A stretch of DNA of 24,000 bases from Buttiauxella warmboldiae (GTDB lineage Bacteria > Pseudomonadota > Gammaproteobacteria > Enterobacterales > Enterobacteriaceae): assembly GCF_003818135.1 (NCBI RefSeq), contig NZ_RPOH01000017.1:28670-52669 (forward strand), in the 5' to 3' direction. The stretch's first letter is position 1; each line of letters begins with the position of its first letter. A model generated the notes under the pieces. The model made no database searches. It saw only the letters and a program-made list of their open reading frames with translations, and was not told the origin of the DNA. The position numbers and the translations under genes were made by a program. Of the stretch, positions 16,262 through 22,486 are shown in pieces.

Positions 16262-16960
16262 TTATTCCTCAACAGGAATTCCCAGTTCATAAACAAGAAT
16301 ATCCGCCGCTTCCTTACCCTGATATTCAAATTGACTGAGACTTGTCTGGCTCCGGGTTGTGGCCAGACCGGTTCCGGCCGGATCGTCATGCCATAGAACA
16401 AGGCATGGGTCACCGGTGACATTTGACGGAAACTCCATTCCGTCAAACCCTGCTGAATGAACCTTTTCAGCCAGATGCTGAGTAACAGCACGTGTTGCCG
16501 TTGTCACATCATGCAACGTCAAATCACTGCCTTTAATCAGCTTACTGACCTGAAGGACCCTGATATCTTTCTCAATAACTACAGTTCCCATCATGTAATT
16601 ATTGAGGTCCGATTCCCTGAGCCCTTTTTTATGCTGAAACACTTCCTTCATTGCCGTGTCAGGTGTTCGGGCCACGTACATGGAACCATTCACACCATCA
16701 TTAAGACTGTAACGGCAATCCTCACCATTACGATTGAAAAAGACACTGCTTCCGCCGTGGCTACCGAGCTGAAGCCGGAACACCTCAGTTCCTGATGTAT
16801 CGGTCATTTCGGACCGCTGGAGCTGCTCGTCTTGCAACTTCCCGATTTTATCGAGAGCTGCCACGTCCTGTTCATTCATGCCTGCATTTACAGAAGTTTC
16901 AACAGCCTGATTAACTTCGTCGTTTAGGTTTACCTCTGATTTTAAACTCATATTGATCAC
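16262..16960 (-). CDS. RES-domain protein (putative NAD+-targeting toxin) with an acidic ~60-aa N-terminal extension
   Basis: 232 aa. The R/E/S signature is spaced as in RES toxins: FFNRNGEDCRYS...SMYVARTPDTAMKEVF...GFDGMEFPSNVTGDPCLVLWHD. The tracked start is a GTG at 16960. An ATG at 16951 is an alternative start. Confidence 0.75.
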   Translation of the reverse strand: MINMSLKSEVNLNDEVNQAVETSVNAGMNEQDVAALDKIGKLQDEQLQRSEMTDTSGTEVFRLQLGSHGGSSVFFNRNGEDCRYSLNDGVNGSMYVARTPDTAMKEVFQHKKGLRESDLNNYMMGTVVIEKDIRVLQVSKLIKGSDLTLHDVTTATRAVTQHLAEKVHSAGFDGMEFPSNVTGDPCLVLWHDDPAGTGLATTRSQTSLSQFEYQGKEAADILVYELGIPVEE

Positions 16961-17181
16961 CGCCTTTCTGGTAAGGATTTACATAAGCCATAGGCTTAAT
17001 CTCCATCGTTTTGATGTTTTGTCCCCCGGGCAGAATGCTCGGCAGGACGATGTATCTGTCGCTGTGCTGACAGACCCTCAAAGCATAAACGATTGAGATT
17101 GTTAAACAACGGCTTGTAATGCACAGAGGTACAGAAAAATTACGGGATACAGGGAGACAACCGTTCATAAAAGAAAAAGTG

Positions 17182-17214
17182 CAGATCCGCCACTACCGGA
17201 AATCGGATCTGAAA
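17182..17214. promoter_or_regulatory. Inverted repeat CAGATCCG-N14-CGGATCTG carrying a partial copy of the leader-element core (TCGGATCTGAA)
   Basis: Read directly. The arms lie at 17182-17189 and 17204-17211, and TCGGATCTGAA lies at 17203-17213. It is intergenic, between the RES gene and the small membrane ORF. Confidence 0.4.
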
Positions 17215-17423
17215 GGCAGAAGAGATGGATTATTGCCTGACAATCACAAAAAGTTAAGAATTGTTGCTACGTGGGGATTATTGCAAGGAATGCAAAATTC
17301 AGGACTGACTGAGCCTTTAATTGCAACAAAGAGGAAAGGAAAACTTTTTTTCAGTTTTTTTATCAACCAGCCTTAAAGGCCGCATCGGATTTCCTACATA
17401 CAGTTTTAGATAAGGAAAATTCT

Positions 17424-17621
17424 ATGACTGTATTTCTGATGACCGCTGCCTATGGTCTTTTAAAAACTGGCTCTCTCATTGTTTTAGTTGTTGGTGCCTA
17501 TAATGGCTGGACATTGTTCTGGAAAAATTATGGCCGCCTTCCTCATATCTATCGTTCGTGCTGGCGTTACCAGAGGCGATTTATTCTCAAACGAATCTGG
17601 AAACGCGTCAGAACCGGCTAA
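17424..17621 (+). CDS. Small hypothetical membrane peptide (hydrophobic N-terminus, very basic C-terminal tail)
   Basis: 65 aa. MTVFLMTAAYGLLKTGSLIVLVVGAYNGWTLFW is followed by KNYGRLPHIYRSCWRYQRRFILKRIWKRVRTG. An RBS (AAGGA) lies 7 nt upstream. The 3' end overlaps the convergent HTH gene by 4 nt. Confidence 0.45.
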   Translation: MTVFLMTAAYGLLKTGSLIVLVVGAYNGWTLFWKNYGRLPHIYRSCWRYQRRFILKRIWKRVRTG

Positions 17622-17630
17622 GCCGGTTCT
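17610..17630. terminator. Perfect 9-bp hairpin spanning both convergent stop codons
   Basis: AGAACCGGC-TAA-GCCGGTTCT. The loop is the stop codon of the small ORF. There is no strong U-tract on either side. Confidence 0.45.
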
Positions 17631-17902
17631 TCTAACAGCATTCCCAGCCCGGCCAGCCAGCAAAGGCAGCACCAGGTGGTGAACACCATCCGGGTCTGGC
17701 CGGATTTCCACTTGCGGATTGTGCGTTCATCTACGTCCAGGCGGTTGGCCAGCTGGATATCAGTCAGGTGGATCAGCGCCCGGACCAGGCCAATTTCACT
17801 GGCAGAAGGCACCATCCAGCTTTCGCCCGAACACAGCGTTTCAGGATTAAATTTCTCAAGCTCAATCAGTTCTTTAATCTGCCTGGCATTTTCCGCCTTC
17901 AT
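17618..17902 (-). CDS. Small Xre/Cro-type HTH protein (antitoxin- or regulator-like)
   Basis: 94 aa. SEIGLVRALIHLTDIQLANRLDVDERTIRKWKSGQTRMVFTTW resembles the HTH of MqsA/HigA-type regulators. It starts 19 nt downstream of the DUF3800-like gene on the same strand. Confidence 0.7.
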   Translation of the reverse strand: MKAENARQIKELIELEKFNPETLCSGESWMVPSASEIGLVRALIHLTDIQLANRLDVDERTIRKWKSGQTRMVFTTWCCLCWLAGLGMLLEEPA

Positions 17903-17921
17903 ATGTAGTTAACCTTTCTGA

Positions 17922-19055
17922 TTAAGATTGCGACAGACTTTGTACACGATGAGCCAGCCGCCGCGCTTCTTCCACATCCCTGAGTTCCCTCGCTTTTTCC
18001 ATCATTTCTGTGGTTGGCTCAGGCAATTTTTCAAAAAACTCCTTAAACTGTTTTCCGACAGACTTCAGGGAAACACTGTCCGTTCTGGCTGTCTTAATAT
18101 TGGTGTAAACAAGGCGGTTAAGAGGTTTTGTCAGCTCTTTCTCTTCCATAAATCGTTTGAAGATCCAGAGATAAATATCAACCAGCTCCAGACCTGCGCT
18201 TTGCGTGCCCGACTGGAAGACAAGCGGTTCAGCCGGCATGTTCTTCATATCCATGACCGGCAAACCAGGCCCGAGTGCCCACGGCTGTTTTCGAATCTGG
18301 TAGTAAAACTCGTTCAGCTCCCGCTGGGTGGTGTTGAACTGTGATTGCTGGTCCACAATGATGTTGGCTTTTCTGTTAGGAGCCCCCAGTCGGGAGCAGA
18401 TACCGTGCAATACGAACTGAAATCCGATCATATTGGGCATGATTTGCAACTTTTCCTTGTTGGCTTTGCAGTTGTACCCCAGCCCTTCAAAGTTGACCAT
18501 CGCCCAGGACAGAGCGTCTGTAATAAGTTCAACTGAACGGGCATCACCCAGAGTATCGACTCGCTGAAGCAGCACACCACAGACCTCGTTGAAAAGAGAG
18601 GAGGAACGTCCATCATGTGCCTCGAGACGGGCACGCCATGCTTTTTCAGCCAGCTCATCATCAAACAGATTTGCCAGATTCAGCAGCAACGGATAGCGCA
18701 GTGGAGTCCAGTAGACACTCCAGGGCACCACCGGATTCAGTCCCTGATCAAACACCTGATCGAAGAACGAAATAATGGCGTGATCCCGTTTAACCACCTG
18801 CCAGACATCAAACCGTATCCGGTGCTTCTTCTGCAGTACAAGCAGTGTATCGATAACTTCATCAAGGCGGTACATGCCCAGTTCTGCGGCATGAAGGCGC
18901 TGTACGTTCAGTTTTTTCCGCAAACTGGCAAGTTCAGCTTCAGCAACCTTATCCAGGTCATCCGGAGAGGAAAGCACGCCGTAAGAAAGTACAGGCTGGG
19001 TACGGTCAAAAAGATTCGGACCGGTATGACCGGTTTCATCCACATAAAAGTGCAT
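17922..19055 (-). CDS. DUF3800-like protein
   Basis: 377 aa. The N-terminal MHFYVDETGHTG matches the (Y/F)(I/V)DE(S/T)G motif. The distal FQSGTQSAGLELVDIYLW matches the xS..S.GLQLAD motif. Both are hallmarks of DUF3800 as I remember it. The RBS AAAGGA lies 7 nt upstream. Confidence 0.65.
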   Translation of the reverse strand: MHFYVDETGHTGPNLFDRTQPVLSYGVLSSPDDLDKVAEAELASLRKKLNVQRLHAAELGMYRLDEVIDTLLVLQKKHRIRFDVWQVVKRDHAIISFFDQVFDQGLNPVVPWSVYWTPLRYPLLLNLANLFDDELAEKAWRARLEAHDGRSSSLFNEVCGVLLQRVDTLGDARSVELITDALSWAMVNFEGLGYNCKANKEKLQIMPNMIGFQFVLHGICSRLGAPNRKANIIVDQQSQFNTTQRELNEFYYQIRKQPWALGPGLPVMDMKNMPAEPLVFQSGTQSAGLELVDIYLWIFKRFMEEKELTKPLNRLVYTNIKTARTDSVSLKSVGKQFKEFFEKLPEPTTEMMEKARELRDVEEARRLAHRVQSLSQS

Positions 19056-19129
19056 TCAAATATCCTTTATCAGGCTGGAGGAAAGCGAAACGGCATAATT
19101 CGAGTGAATGTAAAACCTTCATGTATCTG

Positions 19130-19180
19130 GTTGCAAGTGTTCCGCTTATGGGGGTTTTCGGATCTGAACGTGAAAACAGA
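19130..19180 (+). promoter_or_regulatory. Copy 3 of the conserved leader element (GGGGTTTTCGGATCTGAA at 19151-19168), 145 bp upstream of the kfrA-like ATG
   Basis: GTTGCAAGTGTTCCGCTTATGGGGGTTTTCGGATCTGAACGTGAAAACAGAGAG. The 18-mer is identical to 15397-15414. Confidence 0.55.
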
Positions 19181-19186
19181 GAGCGC

Positions 19187-19270
19187 GTATGTATTTTATG
19201 TATTATTTATTCTGTATGTACTATATGTATTGTATGTATTTTGTGTATTTTTCACTCCGGTTGTACAATA
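19187..19270 (+). promoter_or_regulatory. Array of seven direct TGTAT pentamers plus the TTGTACAA palindrome in the divergent promoter region
   Basis: TGTAT starts at 19190, 19199, 19213, 19226, 19231, 19235 and 19244. A TGTAC lies at 19217 and TTGTACAA at 19261-19268. Confidence 0.5.
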
Positions 19271-19301
19271 ACCTCTTTCCCTGAAAGACCGGAGCCTTTC
19301 C

Positions 19302-19913
19302 ATGACCACGCTATCCCCGGACACCGTCCGCCGCATTGAAGACGCCGCTGCCGCCCTGATCGCTGCCGGTGTCCCGAACCCGACCAACGAGCAGGTCCGC
19401 CAGCACCTCGGCGGCGGCTCGCTGTCCCACATCTCCCCGGTGATGCGCGCATTCCGCGCCCGTCAGCGCGAGCAGGCCGCTGAACAGACCACGACCCTGC
19501 CGGCAGAGCTGGCGCAGTTGCTGACGGGTCAGCTGGGGCTGCTGTGGCAGGCGGCGGTGAAACAGGCTGAAGCCGGGGCTCTGGCGGCGCGCGAGCAGGC
19601 CGACGATGACATTGCCCGGGCCGACCAGGAGCGGGATGAGGCGCTGGCGAAAGTGGCCGCCCTGGAAAGTGAACTGGCGGTGCTGCGGGAGGTGGTGGCC
19701 GAACGTGATCGCCTGCTGCAGGAGGTGCGCGAGCTGCGCGCGGAAGTACTGCCGCTGCGTGAGCAGGTGGCCCGCCTGACCGCCACCGGCGAACACCTGG
19801 CGGCACAGCTGCAGGACACGAAAGCGGAACTGAAGGAGGCCCGGGAGGATGGCCGCGCCCTGCAGATCGAGCTGCTGGCCCTGGCACGCCATGATGGGAA
19901 GGTGAAAAAATGA
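19302..19913 (+). CDS. KfrA_N-like DNA-binding protein with a long Ala/Glu/Arg/Leu-rich coiled coil
   Basis: 203 aa. VRRIEDAAAALIAAGVPNPTNEQVRQHLGGGSLSHISPVMRAFRARQRE matches the KfrA N-terminal DNA-binding domain pattern. The remainder is heptad-like. The gene is very GC-rich, which produces three long spurious antisense ORFs. Confidence 0.8.
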   Translation: MTTLSPDTVRRIEDAAAALIAAGVPNPTNEQVRQHLGGGSLSHISPVMRAFRARQREQAAEQTTTLPAELAQLLTGQLGLLWQAAVKQAEAGALAAREQADDDIARADQERDEALAKVAALESELAVLREVVAERDRLLQEVRELRAEVLPLREQVARLTATGEHLAAQLQDTKAELKEAREDGRALQIELLALARHDGKVKK

Positions 19914-20530
19914 GACAGGAAAGAACATTACGCATACGGGCATTTCGCCGTGCGCTGGAGCTTGGCGCCGGTGAGCGGGCTGAAGAGTGCCGTCATTTTC
20001 ATCGCTGGAAAATGGAACTGAGGAATTTCCCGCACGGCAGCTGCGATTTAGCCAGCAACACACTGGCGCAGTACCTGACAGATACTGAGGGGGGCCACCC
20101 CTGCATCATTTTTATGGAAGGGAACGCAGGCTTTCAGGAAGCTGAAAACTCAACTGTCCATGGCCATGTCATCGTATTGCTGGACGGTGAGTACACCGAT
20201 CTGACGCTGGATCAATTCGAAGAATATCCGGACTACATTCCTTCCGAACCTGTCGAATCTGGCGGGCCGCTTGGTAAGCTGTTACGCAATATCATGAAGC
20301 ATGAAGACCATGTACAAACCCGCCAGGTTGATCTCGATGGTGGCGAAGAGCTGTATGCCTGGTTACGCGATACCGCCAACGAAGTGCTGGCTGCGGATCC
20401 GGAATGGCAGGCCTGGGAACAGTCTATAGCGGAACAAAGGGAAGCGGCCCTTAAGCTGTTCCCATTTCAGTCTAACATGCAGAAAATTGAGTGCGAACAG
20501 GGCCAGGACAGTCAGGAGGTTGCCAGATGA
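19910..20530 (+). CDS. Hypothetical 206-aa protein with an ordered Cys...His...Asp motif
   Basis: ATGA overlaps couple it to both neighbours. It contains FPHGSCDLASNTLAQYL ... VHGHVIVLLDGEYTDLTLDQF. I recognise no family, and a thiol-hydrolase-like triad is only a guess. Confidence 0.7.
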   Translation: MRQERTLRIRAFRRALELGAGERAEECRHFHRWKMELRNFPHGSCDLASNTLAQYLTDTEGGHPCIIFMEGNAGFQEAENSTVHGHVIVLLDGEYTDLTLDQFEEYPDYIPSEPVESGGPLGKLLRNIMKHEDHVQTRQVDLDGGEELYAWLRDTANEVLAADPEWQAWEQSIAEQREAALKLFPFQSNMQKIECEQGQDSQEVAR

Positions 20531-21333
20531 AGATTTATCATTACACTGACCTGAACGGCCTGAACGGCCTGAACGGCCTGAAGGGCATCATCGAATCAGG
20601 CTCACTGTGGGCGACGCACTTTTCCTTCCTCAATGACAGCAATGAACTGATTCACGGCATGAACTGCCTTGAGAATGCCCTGCAGCACCTGAGGGACGAC
20701 TTTAACCCGAAAACCCTTAAGTTCATCGAACAGGCACTGACGCACTTCAGAATGCACCGGGCTGTTCATGTCTATAACCTTTCTTTCTGTCTCGAACCCG
20801 ACCTGTTAAGTCAGTGGCGGGGTTATGGCAGCTCTCAGGGTGTGTGTCTGGAATTTGATGATGAAGAACTGATTGCCTCCCTGCAACTCACGCACTACCA
20901 AGTGTTTAAAAACCGGGTGATCTATACCAAAGAGGATTCCACGGTTGAAGCCCGGAACGAAATCCTCGCCTTTTTTCGTCAGCCAGAGGTTCAGGCGGCA
21001 ATAAATGCAGATGCAATGCATGAGATGATTCAGGCAACCAAACTGGCACACAGCCTGCCGCCTTTTTTCAAGAATGACGGTTTCAAAGAGGAGCAGGAGT
21101 TCCGGATGGTAATTCTCCCGGACAGACCTTTTGAGGGAGTCAATTTTCGTGTCAATGACAGCGGTCTGGTGCCATATCTGATCATTAAAGCAAAAGATAA
21201 GCTGCCACTGAAAAACATCAGAATTGGTCCCCGCAGTAACAGAGCAATGATGATGGATGGGATTTCATTCCTGTTACAGAGCAGGGGGTACACCAGTACA
21301 CGGATTTCGTTTACTGAGACGCCGTTCCGGTAA
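20527..21333 (+). CDS. DUF2971-family protein
   Basis: MKIYHYTDLNGL...IIESGSLWATHFSFLNDSNEL ... YNLSFCLEPDLLSQWRGYGSSQGVCLEF ... FKNDGFKEEQEFR fits the DUF2971 pattern. I prefer the ATG at 20527 (RBS AGGAGG at 20512-20517, ATGA overlap) to the tracked upstream start at 20491. Confidence 0.75.
   Translation: MKIYHYTDLNGLNGLNGLKGIIESGSLWATHFSFLNDSNELIHGMNCLENALQHLRDDFNPKTLKFIEQALTHFRMHRAVHVYNLSFCLEPDLLSQWRGYGSSQGVCLEFDDEELIASLQLTHYQVFKNRVIYTKEDSTVEARNEILAFFRQPEVQAAINADAMHEMIQATKLAHSLPPFFKNDGFKEEQEFRMVILPDRPFEGVNFRVNDSGLVPYLIIKAKDKLPLKNIRIGPRSNRAMMMDGISFLLQSRGYTSTRISFTETPFR
20551..20586 (+). repeat. In-frame 9-bp tandem repeat, CTGAACGGC x3 plus a degenerate CTGAAGGGC (LNG LNG LNG LKG)
   Basis: Read directly. 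The copies start at 20551, 20560, 20569 and 20578. Confidence 0.9.
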
Positions 21334-21368
21334 ACTCAATTAAGAAGTACAAACTTCAAGGGATCAGT

Positions 21369-22109
21369 ATGTTGAATAAAGTTTCACAAATTAATTTGGC
21401 CAAAATCTTGGCTGAAAAATTTAACGAAGGTGACTGGCAGGAGCTGTTTGCTGTTACCGATTGTGAAGATGTTCCGGAAGGGCTGTATAAATTCTACCAG
21501 CATGTTCACTGGGACAACCCGGAGCTGAAAGGGATGGCCATCTTTGCCATAGAAAGCACTCTGGCCAGGGACGCTGATAACCTTTCTAAAATCTGGGCGC
21601 TGGATAATGTTCAACGCTATATCAACAATGCCAATACTGAGTTATTCAATGAAATAAAGGACATTGTTAATCAGAATGGGCAAAGAAACGTTTCCGCAGC
21701 TCCAGTGAAAAATGTGAACGAAAACATTTACCAGGCTTTAGAAGATGCGGAAGTGTTGCTTCAGAAAAATGGACCACACCGGGCTTATGATCGTGTCCAT
21801 ACAGCTCTTCATGCTTCATTAAGACAAATGTGTGCAAACCATGGAATTGCGACTAATAGTACAAATAATAATGTTCCAGGATTGCTTTCCCTGATAACTG
21901 CACATCTCAAGGCGCTGCCGGATGATGGAAGAAACGAAGATGTGTTTAAAATGTTGAAGTCATCTGCCGCAATACTACATGGAATCAATAACCTGCGTAA
22001 CAATTACAGTATGGCCCATCCTACTGAAAATTTGCTTAATGAGGCCGACGCGCGTTTTGCCATAAATCTGGTTCGTTCCATTATGACTTATATTGATGAA
22101 TTGCTTTAA
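21369..22109 (+). CDS. Abi_C (abortive infection C-terminal domain)-like protein
   Basis: 246 aa. The C-terminal ALHASLRQMC...LLSLITAHLK...MLKSSAAILHGINNLRNNYSMAHPTE...ADARFAINLVRSIMTYI matches the Abi_C LRN..G.aH signature as I recall it. The RBS AAGGGA lies 6 nt upstream (spacer TCAGT). The gene is AT-rich relative to the upstream genes. Confidence 0.65.
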   Translation: MLNKVSQINLAKILAEKFNEGDWQELFAVTDCEDVPEGLYKFYQHVHWDNPELKGMAIFAIESTLARDADNLSKIWALDNVQRYINNANTELFNEIKDIVNQNGQRNVSAAPVKNVNENIYQALEDAEVLLQKNGPHRAYDRVHTALHASLRQMCANHGIATNSTNNNVPGLLSLITAHLKALPDDGRNEDVFKMLKSSAAILHGINNLRNNYSMAHPTENLLNEADARFAINLVRSIMTYIDELL

Positions 22110-22167
22110 TTTTAATAAAAATATGAGGCTCACAGCGAACAGATAGAGTATCAACGAAGAAGTGAAA

Positions 22168-22208
22168 TACGGCCAGCATTTCGAACTCTGGCCGTACTCT
22201 TATTGTTT
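22168..22208 (+). terminator. Rho-independent terminator of the four-gene operon
   Basis: TACGGCCAG-(11 nt)-CTGGCCGTA forms a perfect 9-bp stem followed by CTCTTATTGTTT. Confidence 0.7.
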
Positions 22209-22228
22209 AACAATTGATGATCACCTGT

Positions 22229-22260
22229 GTAAGCGTTTAATGGGGTTTGAGGTCCAATGG
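22229..22260 (+). repeat. Possible IS66-family terminal inverted repeat (starts GTAAGCG)
   Basis: GTAAGCGTTTAATGGGGTTTGAGG lies immediately left of the IS21 remnant. IS66-family ends characteristically begin GTAAGCG. No matching partner is visible in the window. Confidence 0.3.
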
Positions 22261-22486
22261 GGCGAAAACCTACGCTAAGATGTGTGATTCATAGACATCA
22301 TTTCACTTCGTGCAGCTGCTGCTTGAGAAGATTGCAAAATGGCATCTGAATCGATCGCGGTTTGGCATCACAATCGATCATGATTTGGCACGCATCCGAT
22401 CACTGATTGGCATCCTGTCGCTCACTCCGGGAATTAACTCTTTCCATCACAGTCTTCATTGCTGTTTTAAGCCAATGGAGATATCG

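Noticed and set aside
15839-17168. ORFs 15839..16066(+), 15972..16205(-), 16181..16396(+), 16258..16491(-), 16457..16795(+) and 16911..17168(-)
   Set aside because: They are alternative-frame or antisense ORFs within the HTH and RES genes, or read across the shared terminator. None has an RBS or recognisable motifs.
17119-17376. The 85-aa ORF in the RES/peptide intergenic region
   Set aside because: It has no RBS, it spans the CAGATCCG/CGGATCTG inverted repeat, and its basic low-complexity translation matches nothing. The region is more likely regulatory. I also looked here for an RES antitoxin gene on the minus strand and found none.
17484-18664. ORFs 17484..17711(-), 17488..17682(+), 17676..17912(+), 17928..18344(+), 18345..18536(+) and 18428..18664(-)
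   Set aside because: They are antisense to, or out of frame with, the small peptide, HTH and DUF3800-like genes.
18615-20063. ORFs 18615..19271(+), 19121..19339(+), 19196..19432(-), 19252..19935(-), 19311..20063(-) and 19529..19819(-)
   Set aside because: The first two read through the DUF3800 gene antisense and the TGTAT array (LYVLYVLYVF repeats). The others are Pro/Ala/Arg-rich antisense frames of the very GC-rich kfrA-like gene. The kfrA-like frame has the recognisable domain, an RBS and downstream coupling.
20491-20526. The upstream start (20491) given in the ORF track for the DUF2971 gene
   Set aside because: The ATG at 20527 has an AGGAGG RBS at the proper distance and forms an ATGA overlap with the preceding stop. 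The conserved family N-terminus (MKIYHYT) begins there.
20806-22003. Minus-strand ORFs 20806..21051, 21030..21293, 21384..21614 and 21809..22003
   Set aside because: They are antisense to the DUF2971 and Abi_C-like genes and have no supporting signals.
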